The notes under the pieces were generated by a model. That model searched no databases. It was not told the DNA's origin and saw only the letters and a program-made list of their open reading frames with translations. The position numbers and the translations under genes were made by a program. Source: an uncultured bacterium (GTDB lineage Bacteria; Patescibacteriota; Gracilibacteria; BD1-5; UBA2023). From it: a stretch of DNA of 64,000 nt. The stretch spans positions 13,315 through 77,314 of the forward strand of contig CAIVSN010000142.1 in the NCBI GenBank assembly GCA_903908595.1. The letters run 5' to 3'. Positions 29,544 to 41,746 of this stretch are shown here, one piece after another. The first letter of the stretch is position 1, and each line of letters opens with the position of its first letter.

Positions 29544-32534
29544 ATGCCGGTACTCGCGACCAACACGCTATATTCCAGATCGGGTGGGATTCTCACCCGG
29601 TCCGTTTTTTGTCGCGACACCTGGGAGGCCCTCTTGAAAAACGATCCGGTCCTGAAAAAATTCCTGTTCGTCTTCGACGGCTTCGCCGAAGAAACTTCCT
29701 ACAAGCGGTTTCTGGAAGAACTCATGGGAATAAAAATCCGCGAAATCAAGAGCACTTCGGACGTATTGGAATACCGGGATGCAACGTCCGGATACTTCTG
29801 CGGAACTACCGGGATCTTCGACGCGAATCCCCGGTACGACTACCTGCGCAAGGTATCGACCCTCGCGATCCGAAGGGGCGATGCGCTTCCGGCCAAGAAA
29901 CTCGTGGAACGGCTCATGGAGCTCGGATACGAACACAGTCCCCACCTTTCCCGTCCATACACTTTTGGCATCCAAGGTTCGGAGGCGAAAGTGCGCGACG
30001 GACACCGCCTGTTGCAACTGAGCTACTTCGACGACGAAATCGACGATATCCTGATGCTCGACGAATCGGGCGGGAAATCGCCAATCCGGCTCAACGATGC
30101 TATTTTTTATTCGAAAAACGGGGAGTCATTACCGGAATCGAGTTCGTCCATCCAGGAGGTCGGGGGGGATTTCGCCTGGACGTTCGATCTGGATTTCCAC
30201 CCGGATCGGGAAGCGTTGCGGGAACAATTTCCCAAGTGGATCGGGTTCGAGAGCTCCGGCATTCCCTTGGACGTTTCTCCGATTTCTTTCGACGGACTCG
30301 AGGAATTCGGCAAATTTATCGGGGACCACGGGGCGGATACCGTCATCTATACCGCCCAAAAATGAGCCGTCGACCGATACCTCGAACATAACGGGCTCGC
30401 GGTATCGGAAATCGTGCCGATCCCGAAAATCCGCCTCGAAAGCGCCCAATCGAAAGATACCGCCTATATCGCCGACGACGTGCTCGGGCAACTGTTCGTA
30501 GAAAAGCGTTCCCGCAAGCAAAGCCTCAGGAGCCTCGATCTCCTCATGACGCTCAAACCGGGAGACTACGTCGTCCACCAAGAGCACGGAATCGGGAAAT
30601 TCCTCGAAATGACGGAAAAGGAAGTCATGGGGATCAATCGCGAATACGTGGCTATCGGCTATGCCAAGGACGACAAGCTGTATGTCCCCATCACCGAGCT
30701 CTACCGGGTCACCAAGTATCTCGGCGAAGAACACCCCAAACTCCACGACCTCGGAGGCACCGTCTGGAAAAAAACCCTGAAGGACACGGAAGCCGAAGTC
30801 CTGAAAACCGCGTCGGAACTCCTCGACATCTACGCGAGGCGCAAGATCACGCCCGGATACGCCTTCGGGAAATTCCCGGAAAAGGAGACGGCGTTCCGAT
30901 TGGCCTTTCCCCATATCCATACGGCCGATCAAATCTCGGCCATCGAAGACATTTTCGAAGACATGGAATCCCCGGAACCGATGGACCGGCTCCTCTGCGG
31001 GGACGTGGGATTCGGAAAAACGGAGGTTGCCATGAATGCGGCGTACAAGGCGGTGCTTTCCGGAAAACAGGCAGCCATTATCTCCCCGCTCGTGGTCCTG
31101 ACCCTGGAACATTTCGATTCCTTCGTCAAACGCTTCGCGGGCACCGGGATTGGGATCGCGGTCCTATCCCGGCTTTCGGGTACCAAGGAAGCGGATGCGG
31201 CCCTCGAAGGCATCCGAAACGGCACCGTTAAGATCATCGTGGGAACTCACCGGCTCTTGGGGGCGGACGTCCGGTTCCAGAAGCTCGGGCTCCTCGTTAT
31301 CGACGAGGAGCACCGCTTCGGGGTGCTCGACAAGGAAAAAATCAAGCGGCTCCGGGCGGGGATCGACATCCTGAGCCTTTCCGCGACGCCGATTCCCCGA
31401 TCGCTCAACCTTTCCCTCTCCGGCCTCAAAAAGCTCAGCATCCTCACGACCCCGCCCCCGAACAAGAAACCCATCGGAACCCAGGTCATCAAGTGGGACG
31501 AAACCATCATCCGCGAAACGATCGTCCGGGAACTCGACCGGGGCGGACAGGTCATTTTCCTTCACAACCGCGTCGCTTCGCTCGCGGGAACCGCGAAGGA
31601 AATCGAGCGGATCGCCGGCCGCAAACTCCACCCGCTCCTGCTGCACGGGCAGATGAAGGCGGAAGAAATCGAAAACGTGCTCCTCGATTTCCGCTCCGGG
31701 GAAAGCAACTGCCTCGTCAGTACCACGGTCATCGAAAACGGGGTGAATTTTCTGAACGCGAACACCATTGTCATCGACCACGCGGACGAATTCGGGCTCG
31801 CCCAGCTCCACCAGCTCCGGGGGCGCGTCGGGCGGAAGGACCGGGACGCCCACTGCCTGCTCGTCTACCGCAAGGAAGTCCTGCCCGACGATTCCAAGAA
31901 GCGCCTCATTTCGCTCGTGGAATATTCGCACCTCGGCGCGGGATTCGAAATCGCCATGCGGGACCTCGAAATCCGCGGCGCCGGGGAAATCCTCGGTATC
32001 GCGCAGTCGGGCCGGTCGAGGGAAACCGGGGTGAGCCTGTATCTCAAGCTCCTCGAAAACAAGATGCAGGAACTGCAGACCGGAACCGTGCCGCACACCA
32101 CCGACGTCAAGATCGAGCTCGACGTACAATTCGTCCTGCCGGACACGCTGTTCAACGGGGATATCGACAAGATACAATTTTACCGGTCGCTCGAAGGCAT
32201 CGACAGCGTCGAAGATCTGGAAAGCACGCGAATCTCGATTACCGGGACCCATGGGGAAAACGAGGATGTGGAACGACTGTTTTTGCTCCTCAAGGCCCGG
32301 ATACTCCTCTCCGAATATGGGATTTTCCATCTCAAAAAAGTGCTCCGGGACTACGTGTTCGATTTCCGGGGCGCCACCACGCGGGACATCCGGAATTTCC
32401 TGGCCATCGACCGGGAAGGGAATTTTCTCGTGCAGAACCTGGATCGGGTGCGCGTCGGGCAGAACATCTACGCGGGAGACCTCGACTTTTTGTCAAAGCT
32501 CGTATACTCTCTTACGGCAGCGAAGCAACCGTAA
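29544..32534 (+). CDS. mfd: Transcription-repair coupling factor, 996 aa
   Basis: CarD-like 'GDYVVHQEHGIG', 'GDVGFGKT', 'DEEHRFG', 'QLRGRVGR'; TGA at 30363. Confidence 0.93.
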
Positions 32535-32549
32535 CCCACCCCGACCAAA

Positions 32550-33548
32550 ATGGCCCCGTCTTCCCATATTTTTCATTTTACCGGCAACCTCCAACTTCGG
32601 ATGGAGGCGGGGCTTTTGGCATGGCAGAACGCTTTCCGGGAAAAGCACGGCAATCTGAATTTCAGCCGGTGCAATATCGACGATACCTCGCCGGAGCGCC
32701 TGTTCGAGGAACTCAGCACTCCCCCGTTCCTCGCGGAAAAACGGCTTACCCTGGTTCGTATTACGCCCAAACCGAAGGCGAAAGAAGGATGATCCAAGAA
32801 GGAACCGAAGAAAGCTCCCGAACGGCCCTTTCCCGGGTACGAAGAACCGAAATACTGGAAAAAGCTCATCGGGGCGATACCGGAAGACCATATCGTCGCG
32901 TTCGTCGGGGCGGGGCATGTTTCCGCACTGGAAAAAATCCTCTTGGAAACCGCCGCCGTCAAGGATTTTTCCACGGACGACGTTTCCGATTTCATCCAGA
33001 GCCGGCTGCCGTTGATTTCCCCCGCCAATGCCCGGATTCTGATGAACCGGATCGGCGGGAACATGCTCCTCCTGGAAAACGAAATCCAAAAGCTCGCGCT
33101 CTTGCCGTCCATTTCCGAAACCGATATCCTGGAAAACACCTTCGAGTCCGCCGAAGTCATCGTATTCGAGATTACCGACGCGCTCTTGGCGGGAAACGTC
33201 GGAAAGTCCCGAATCCTGTTCCGAAAATTCCACTCGCAGTTCGAAAGGGATCCGGAATTCCTCGGCTCGATCCTGGGGGTAATCCGCAAATCGTGAGTAT
33301 ATGCGGGGCTCGTTTCCCACGGGATTTCCCCCCGGAGCGCAGCGGAATTGCTCGAACTCAAGCCCATGCCGGCAAGGATCATGCAATCCGTTCCAAAAGG
33401 GCGGCTCCGCGCTTTCTGAAGCTTTTACGAATCCTTAATCCACGCGGATATATTGCTCAAGACCGGCAGGCTCGTCGGTAACGACGGACTGCTCCACCAT
33501 ATCGAAACCGGACTCCTCAAATACAGTTTGTCTTTGAAAGGAAGCTAA
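32550..33548 (+). CDS. holA: DNA polymerase III delta subunit
   Basis: 'ELSTPPFLAEKRL', 'LLENEIQKL', 'VFEITDALL'; two TGA. Confidence 0.8.
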
Positions 33549-33585
33549 TTTGGATACAATCTCGAAAATTATTATTTCTTACCCT

Positions 33586-34575
33586 ATGAAACTCCTTACC
33601 CTACTCATTGCTTCTGGACTCCTGTTGTCCTCTTGTACTTTCGGCGGAACCGATAAGAATGCCGTTTCCGGCACGTCCAACGATTCCGTCGTCCAAAAAC
33701 AGCCATCCGTGTCGACCGTTGCTCCGGAGGTCGCGCCGGAAGCCAAGCCCAAAGAAACGGTTGCCAAAGAAACGGTTGCCAAAGAAGGCTCCGAAGTTTC
33801 CGTGGATTACGTCGGAAAATTGGAAGACGGATCGGTTTTCGATTCCTCCATCGAGTCCGAAGCGAAAAAAGTGCCCACGTATTCGCCGAACAGCGGCAGA
33901 AAATACGTACCCTTTGAAGTCAAGCTGCAAGCGGACGGCGGATCCATTCCGGGATTTTGGAAAGGGATCGTCGGCATGAAAATCGGCGAAACCAAAAAAA
34001 TCACCATCCCCGCCGAAGACGCGTACGGACCGTTGAAGTGGATAGACGCCGGCGATAGCATCGTGGACAAGAAGATTTTTGACGACATCATCGTTCAGAC
34101 CATCAAGAAAAGCATGACGCTCGATATTATCAAAATGGACATTCCCCTTGCCGATTATATGAAATGAGGCACGGAACTCCCGAAAGTCGGACAGGTACTC
34201 ACCAACGAAAAGGGCATAGAAGCCAAAGTGGACAAGATTGACGATAAGAACATTTCCGTCAGCATCGACAATTCCAAGACGAACGCTTTCTCCGGAAAGA
34301 AGTTGGAAAAGGGAACCCAAATCATTACCGAAGACGGAAATCCCGCCACTATCACGAAGGTCGGAACGGACGATATCACCCTCGAAATCAAGAACCAATC
34401 GAATCCGTTCTCCGGAAAGAAGCTCGCGGTCGGCCTTGAAGGCATGATCCAAGACAAGAAAGTCAAGATCGTCAAGATCGACAAGGACATGGTTACCGTC
34501 AATGTCCAAGGCAAAAGCCATCCCCTTGCCGGGAAGACCCTCGTCTTCGATATCACGCTCAAGGATATCAAATAG
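33586..34575 (+). CDS. FKBP-type peptidyl-prolyl isomerase lipoprotein with expanded insert
   Basis: LSSC lipobox, 'VDYVGKLEDGSVFDSS', 'IPAEDAYG', 'HPLAGKTLVFDI'; TGA at 34165. Confidence 0.85.
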
Positions 34576-34581
34576 CACGGC

Positions 34582-35229
34582 ATGAGAATTTTCCTCGCGA
34601 CGCTGTTTCCGAATTCGCTGAATAGCTATTTTGAGACGAGCATCCTGAGAAAAGCTCGAGAATCCGGGATTCTGGAAATCACGGTCTGCAATATCGCGGA
34701 TTTCAGCACCAAGAACACCCGGCGGTCCGACGACCGCCCGTACGGGGGAATGGCCGGCACGATTATCGCGCCGGAACCCTGTGCCCGCGCCATAGATAAC
34801 TGCCAGTCTTTGGCAAACGGTCCCGTCCGTTGGATTTGTCCGGACCCACGGGGAGAAATCCTGGCGCAAGAGAAGCTTCTCCTTTGGGCATCCACCGAAA
34901 ATCTCGGCATCCTGTGCGGCCATTACGAAGGCATCGACGAACGGGTTTTCGAAGAATACGACATTGAAAAGGTCTCGCTCGGGAATTTTATCCTCACCGG
35001 CGGGGAAATCGCGGCCGGGGTCCTCATTGACGGAGTTACGCGGCTCCTTCCCGGCATTCTCAGCGAGCGTTCGCTCGAAGAGGAATCGTTTGGCGTTGGA
35101 CTCGGGGGGAAAAAAGAATATCCTCACTATACCCGCCCGGAAATATGGAAGAACCGCAGGGTGCCATCGGAACTCCTCTCGGGCAATCCGAAAACCATAC
35201 GTATTTGGAAGCAACATAATACCATCTAA
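34582..35229 (+). CDS. trmD: tRNA (guanine37-N1)-methyltransferase
   Basis: 'DDRPYGG', 'CGHYEGIDER', 'SLGNFILTGGE', 'YPHYTRP'. Confidence 0.95.
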   Translation: MRIFLATLFPNSLNSYFETSILRKARESGILEITVCNIADFSTKNTRRSDDRPYGGMAGTIIAPEPCARAIDNCQSLANGPVRWICPDPRGEILAQEKLLLWASTENLGILCGHYEGIDERVFEEYDIEKVSLGNFILTGGEIAAGVLIDGVTRLLPGILSERSLEEESFGVGLGGKKEYPHYTRPEIWKNRRVPSELLSGNPKTIRIWKQHNTI

Positions 35230-35230
35230 C

Positions 35231-35827
35231 ATGAACTATCTGTCATCCGTTTTCAATCTCCAGGAACTCCAGCAATTCCTGGCCTATGTCACGACGTCGC
35301 TCTCCCTCGAAATGATTATCAAGATAATGATCAGCTGCCTGTTCATTATCTGGTTCGCCGTGGCCGTGTGGGTCATCAAGGATATCACTACCCGCTCGAC
35401 GAGCATTATCATACAATCGTTTTCCTTGCTCCTGATTATCTTCTTTACGCCCATCTTCGGACTCCCCCTCTATTTGCTCATTCGCCCGAGAGCCACGCTG
35501 TTCGAACAGCATTATGAGGAAAATTGGCTGGAGAGCTTTGACAAACAGGAAGAAACCCTAACCGTAGCATGCATCAAATGCCGGGAAGAAATCGGCGCGA
35601 ACGCGAAATTCTGCCCGTTCTGCGGAACGAAGCAATTCGATACCTGCAACGAATGTTCGACAAAAATGCTCCTGAGTTGGAAATATTGCACCAGTTGCGG
35701 AACGCATCGGACGGACGAGAAGAAAAAGGGGGTTCCGAAAAAAGAATCCCGGAATATCCCGGTCGAATCCGAGGAGACTACGGTTGGTTGAAAATCGGAA
35801 GAAACGGCAATATTACCGACAGAATAA
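35231..35827 (+). CDS. Membrane protein with double zinc ribbon
   Basis: Two TM helices, 'LYLLIRP', four CxxC; ends TAA after TGA readthrough. Confidence 0.8.
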
Positions 35828-35876
35828 GGATCAGGACGGTCATGATGACGATGATTTTTTTTGCTCTTTGTGACAT
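35778..35876 (-). CDS. Single-TM microprotein, 32 aa
   Basis: MSQRAKKIIVIMTVLILILSVILPFLPIFNQP; starts 10 bp after the stop of the upstream gene. Confidence 0.5.
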   Translation of the reverse strand: MSQRAKKIIVIMTVLILILSVILPFLPIFNQP

Positions 35877-35885
35877 GGGAATGGG

Positions 35886-38507
35886 TTATTCGGTATAGGT
35901 TACGCCTCAGATAATGACGGAATTCGCATCAAGGTCAAATCGGATTTCAGTATCGCCAAGGACATAGTGTTTGACAGCTATGTCCAATAGGCCGCCAATC
36001 TTCCGGAATTGGTTTTCAAAATCTATGGTATTGATCTGTACGGGGAGCAACTTCACTTCGATTCCCCCGTACAGATTGACGCCATTGGAATTTTTTACGG
36101 TAAATGCCACGTTCCGGAACGCATGGATTTCCGTTTGGAATACGTAATCGGACGATACGGTAATCACATAGCTCTGCATCTTGGTCGGAACGGTCGTTAC
36201 GACATCGAAAATGGAAATGAGGTAGTTACCGTCGACGATTTCCGCTTTGACGTTTTTCATGGCAATTGGCAAGGCACCCGAAACGATGGCAAAGTCCCCC
36301 TCGATCAGCTCGCGTTGCTTGAAGAGTTGCATCTTTGCATTAGGAGCTTCTCCGGTTTGCGTTACGATGGCACCGCTCGAAGCTACCGCTTCGGCACTCT
36401 CGAAAAAAGTCAGTTTGAAATAATTGCGAAAATCGCGCCGCTCCCTTTCTTCCGTCGAATTCGATATCACGGGCCGTTCGGCAAGGTCTTTCTTTTTCGC
36501 GTCAAGACTGACGGTCGCTTTTTGGAACGAAGCATTCTCGGCCCCCGAAGCGTCCTTGAAGACCAGTTCCTGTATCGTATGTCATTTCGGGATGAATTTG
36601 AAGGTGAACGGCCTTGAGAAAATCTTTACCGACACCCGGTAGAAGCCGTCTAATTTATAATCGTTGCCGACTTTCAGCGTTTCCGTATCCACTCAGGAAT
36701 ACTCCTTGAAGAACGACACGAGATCCTCGATGGTGAGTTCGTATTCGGGACGTTCGAGACCCGTGGCTCACTTGCTCGCTTCCGAAAGCTCTATTTGCGT
36801 ACGGTAGTTTTCGTAGTCCCGGAAAATACCGTACAGGGCGTTCATTTTCTGATTCGAGTTGGTAAACTGGGTCAGGTTATTCACGCTGTTATCCTCGGTT
36901 TTTCCCAACTCGGAGAGATAGAGTTCGCGATAGTTTTTCAAGAACGATACCTGGTTCTGAATGAGGAATTCGAGTGCCGTCAAGGATTCCTCGGGAATAT
37001 TGGCCTTGTTTCTCGAAGTTTGGAAATTGGGTTTCAAAGTGAGATTGTCCGACGTTCCATCGAAAAAACGGAATTCGATTCCCGATGCCATACGCTCGGT
37101 GATGGAGTGAAAGCTGAAATAGAAGATGGAAAGCATGTTGGATTTTTCCACGTTTCCCGACAAGAACTGGATATAATTGTCAGCGATGGAAAGGAGCTGG
37201 GAAAACAGCCGGAAATTCGAATCGCTGGACGTTCCTTCGTTGTTGAGGAATTCTTTGAGATAGTAGGTGAACCCGAGGAATTCCCGCTCCCCCATGGACT
37301 TGGAATTCACGAGAAACGTGATGTAACCCGTAAGATTCTTCTGAAGCTCTTCCGAATCGCGTTTCCCGAAAAAATATTGCGTGTAGATGCCCGACAATAG
37401 CTTATATACCCGCTGGTTGTTCGATTTGGAATTCGGAAAAACGGTTTGGTACACGTTGGTGATCGTGCTTCCCCCGATTCCGTAGTATTCCGAGGAATGA
37501 TTGACATTTACGGAATTTCAAAGCGTGATGTACTTCCGTATCAGCTTTTTCGCATCCGCTCATTCCTGCGGACCAATGGCTTCGAGTCGTTTCAGGCGAT
37601 CCTGTATCTGTTTCGAAACGTTGGCGGAATCGATGGATTTTTCCTTGCAAAAACTACACTCGTCAATCTCCAGGAGGATCATGGTCTGAAGCAACGATAT
37701 CAGGGATCCTTCCAGAATCACCCTTTTTTTCTGTCAATTCACGAAAAACAAGCCGAACTCGTCGATTTTATCCAATCCCTTCGATTGGGATGGATTGAAT
37801 TTGGCGAGCAATTTCCGAATCTCGTCCTGCCGGTTATCGTAATATTTGCGGTATTCGTCGAAAAGTACTTTGGTCGTTTCGGCATTTTCTCAGAAAATCA
37901 AGGCGAATCAGGATTCAACGTAAGGATCTGAAATCGTCAAAGTAGCCAGTTGTCCGACGCGGAAAACGTCGGATTTTACCAATTTGGGCGCCAAGTCCGG
38001 ATCGTATCCGAAAAATTCCGAAGGGAATATTTCCAACGTGGTCATGACTTCTTCCTTACTGAGAAGCTCCACTCGGAGCAGGGCCGATAGGGAATAGATC
38101 CGTATGTCATTGCGGGTGTCCAGGAAGTAGGCCCCGTTCGAAAGGTGGCTAATGGTAAAATCCGCGTGTTTGACGGCATATTCCCGGTACGCGTCGAAAG
38201 CGTTTACCAAATACAGTCACTTTCCCACGGAGATGGTTTTCGTATCCATGGACAGATCGATCTTGGGAACTTCGGAATCGTCCAGATAGAAAATCGCGTC
38301 CCCGTCGTCCAAACGCTTCGCGAGGACTTTGGTGCTTTCTTGCATATCCACGAGCTTGCCTCATACGAGGGAATACGGGATGTCCTTCGGGAAAATCTGC
38401 TCGTCAACGAAATCCGGAGTCTTTGAAACCGGTTTTTGTCCGAGCGAAACCCCGATGAGGATGGTGGACAAAATGGTTACGAGCAATCAGTAGAATATTT
38501 TTTTCAT
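35886..38507 (-). CDS. Large N-terminally anchored hypothetical protein, ~873 aa
   Basis: Same-frame fragments joined across TGA; signal/TM 'MKKIFYGLLVTILSTILIG'. Confidence 0.7.
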
Positions 38508-38554
38508 GGGTACATCATATCAGGAAATATTTGAAGTTACAATTTATGGCTCGC

Positions 38555-39748
38555 TTATATGTCTCGACAATCTCGTTCGATTATTTCTTTATACCTTTTC
38601 ACGAAGGGGGAATCCCACAGGATAAGTCACGCTTCCCGGTTCTCGTCGAGCGAATTCCTGGTAAAATTTTCGCTTCAGACGAACAGGATCGTATCGTCGA
38701 TCAGGAGCGTTTTCGCGTGGACGTACGGGGACTTCGCCTGACGGAAATCCACTCCGATACCCTTCATACGCTCCGACAGGGCCTTCCGCTCGGCATCCGG
38801 CGCATAGGCTAGGCAAACTCGCACCGAAACGCCCCGTTTCCGCAATTCGGCGAATATTCATAGCAGCGATTCGTCCGACAGGGACGCCGCGAACAGGCGG
38901 ACTTCGGTTTTGGCGGCGCGGAGATGCGATTCCAATTTGATCCGGGAATCGGTGGGCGAAAGGTAGGCATTCTCCTGGGAACCGCGAAAAGGGAACCGCT
39001 GGAAATCGGCTTCGAACAGCCGTTTCATGAACCCGACGGTCGGAACATCGGGGGTTTCCACCAAGAATTCCCGGTTTTTCGCGAACGATGTAGCGGTAAA
39101 ATTCGAGGTAGCCAAATACAGGACGTCATCGGCCAGCACGTATTTCGCATGATTGAAATTCTGCCGGGTCTCGTCCGCCCATCCGACCAGGATGCCCTCG
39201 TTCGCGAGCCGGGCGAACATATCCGCATTGCCCTTCGGGTTTTCATAGGGCGACCTTTCGAGAATGACCCTAACGGGAAGATTCCTCCGGCGTGCCGAAA
39301 TCAGCGAATTGACGAGCTTCGTGTCCGAAAGGAGGTACACGTTCAGATCGACCGCGCGTTTCGCTCCATCGATTCTCGCCGCGAGCATGTCGCCGTTTCC
39401 GTCGTCAGGGGAAACCCAGACGCGGTGTTCGATGGGCCGGATTTCCGAAACGGCGTGCGCCGATCGGGGAATTTGCGCTTCCCACTCGCGCAATTCGGCA
39501 TAATCCGAATACCGGCTTTCGCAGGAAACGCAAAGGAGCGTAGAAAACAACAGCAGGATATGCCTAACCAAATGTGGTTTTCGGTATTTTATAGTTACGG
39601 ATTCGGAATAGATTATATTTTTCTTCTTTCGGGAGCGTATCGGCAATACGTGACCGAAGAAAAAAATCGAAGATATCCGAATAGGTAAGCTGGAAAAACC
39701 GGGGAACCGATTTTGGTCAGGTATACCGCCTATCGGAAAGGGTTTCAT
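38555..39748 (-). CDS. Phospholipase D family lipoprotein (two HKD motifs)
   Basis: HAKYVLAD and HAKTLLID motifs, 'FVG(TGA)SENFT', 'NRE'; in-frame family-A insertion near the N-terminus. Confidence 0.88.
39559..39725 (+). mobile_element. MITE family A, copy 2 (in frame within the PLD gene)
   Basis: Same internal sequence as the other copies; TA-to-TA distance 165 bp. Confidence 0.78.
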
Positions 39749-40005
39749 ACGGAAATGCGAACGGAATAGGATTCCGAAGATCCGAGCGCTTGGGCGACGA
39801 TTTCGCTTATGGGTTCGCCGTACATTCGGATCTCCGTCCTGGCCAGCGTATGGATGACCCGTACTTTGATATAAGAATTTTTTACGAAAACCGATACGAT
39901 GGCATCGGCAAGGTGCTGCTGGCCGATGCTGACGAAATGGTCGCGTACCCTTTTGGTCAAGAGGGCCGACTGCGCGATGGGCGAGAGGATCTTACCGATT
40001 TCCAT
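39730..40005 (-). CDS. DciA/DUF721-like small protein
   Basis: 'MEIGKIL...IKVRVIHTLARTEIRM...EIV' pattern. Confidence 0.5.
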
Positions 40006-40666
40006 AATCCAACATGGCAAAGCGGGGAATTCCCGAAGTATCGCTCCAGCTTTCGACGGCAAGCCCGTATCATTCGGCCCAGGCCTTTACCAAAGGGAGT
40101 TGCGTATGTCAGAATTCGAGCGCCAACCTCATGCCTTTGCAAGATTCCGCCAACCGGAGCGATTCCCCGAGCAGCCGCACGATGAGGTCGAATCCGCGTT
40201 CCCCGCCCCCGTACAGGGCGATGGCGGGGTCTTCGGCCACGACGTCTTCCCCGACGTCTTCCCCGGGGCCGACATAGGGAAGGTTCGCGAGGATCAAGAC
40301 GTATTTCCCGGCAATTTTCGCGAGTCCGTTCGCATCGAAAAACGGCGCGAGCAAATCCCCTTGGACGAATTCCACGGGAATCCGATTCGTTTCGGCATTT
40401 TTCCGGGCCACCTCGAGCGCGTCTGTGGAAATATCGACGGCGAACCATTCCGAGTCGGGAAACCGGGAGGCTACCGACAAAATAACCGCCCCTGAACCCG
40501 TTCCCACGTCGATGACGGCGTCGGGACGGGGAAAACCCTTGGAACGCTGAACCGTTCAAAGCACGAGCGACTCGGTTTCCAGACGCGGGGTCAGTACCCG
40601 GCGATCGCACTCCAACGTCACGCCCAGGAAAACGACGCGTTCGGAAACGCCCGGATGGCTAGGCAT
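39992..40666 (-). CDS. prmC: Release factor glutamine methyltransferase (short N-terminus)
   Basis: 'VLTPRLETE', 'DVGTGSGAV', 'ANLPYV', 'DPAIALYGG'. Confidence 0.85.
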
Positions 40667-41426
40667 TCTCGAATTTTTTGTATTCGAATATCACGGAAGT
40701 GGCAATCAGTATCACTGCCAAATAGGCCACGGCCGTCCCGAAATTGACCGCGTAAAAACTGGACGCGAGCCCTACCGGCGTGCCTAGGGTATTTTTTGCC
40801 ATGTTCAGCGCTTCGAACTGGGGAAACAGGGCCATGAGGAATTTTGACAAGTACACGAGCCCCATATTCTCGTTCCGGAGGGCCATGTCCAGGACTCCCG
40901 TGACGGAATGCGATGCGATGTACACCCCCAGGGTGAACAGGATGGAAAGGAGCGGGGAACTGAACGTGGAGAAAAAGAGGATGATGGCGAAAACGAGCAG
41001 AAGCTTCATGGCTATGGCCCCGACCGCGACCAATACCAGCGGGTCGAAAGCGATCCCTTGGAACGCGATGAGTCCGGAAAGCACCAATCCCTGAAATGCC
41101 ACCAGCAGGAGAATAATCGCTCAGAATCAGAGGAATTTTCCAAGGATGTAATCCTTTCGCGCAATCGGCTTGGAGAGGATGAGGTAGATGGTACGGCCCT
41201 CGATTTCCTTGAACAGGATCTGTCCGCCGACGAAAATCACGGCGATGAGCCCCCCGATTTCTATCATGGCGAGCCCGAAATCCACGACGAGGCGCTTGGT
41301 TTCCCCGAGCGAAAGGCTCGCGAGCACCAAGGAAAAACCGATCAGCACGCAGGCAAACAGGAGGATGACGGTAAGAATTCGGTTCCGGAGAAGTTCCCGG
41401 AAGGTATTTATGGCGATATTGTTCAT
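40659..41426 (-). CDS. ABC-2 type transporter permease
   Basis: 'IAINTFRELLR', 'KEIEGRTIYLILSKPIAR..YILGKF'; multiple TM helices. Confidence 0.85.
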
Positions 41427-41460
41427 GTCGCAGAGTATAAAAAAAATGCAAAAAATCACA

Positions 41461-41746
41461 AGCGGAACGGAAAATTCGGCGAGGCCCAGGCGGAATATCG
41501 CGCCGGGAACCGCGTTAAAACGACGAAATCCGAAGTCAATTTCGAGTACCGTAGCGAGGCGTACCGATAGGTACGCCCGCAAGGAACGGAAAATTCGGCG
41601 AGGCCCGGGCGGAATATCGCGCCGGAAACCGCGTTAAAACGACGAAATCCGAAGTCAATTTCGAGTACCGTAGCGAGGCGTACCGATAGGTACGCCCGCA
41701 AGGAACGCAGAAATTGACAAGGAGTTCGCGTTTTAACGCGGTTTCC
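41461..41746 (+). repeat. Family B tandem copies, 119-bp period
   Basis: Near-identical units starting at 41466 and 41585. Confidence 0.85.

Noticed and set aside
41461-41746. CRISPR array
   Set aside because: Whole 119-bp units are duplicated with no unique spacers, there are no cas genes, and the unit is dispersed elsewhere
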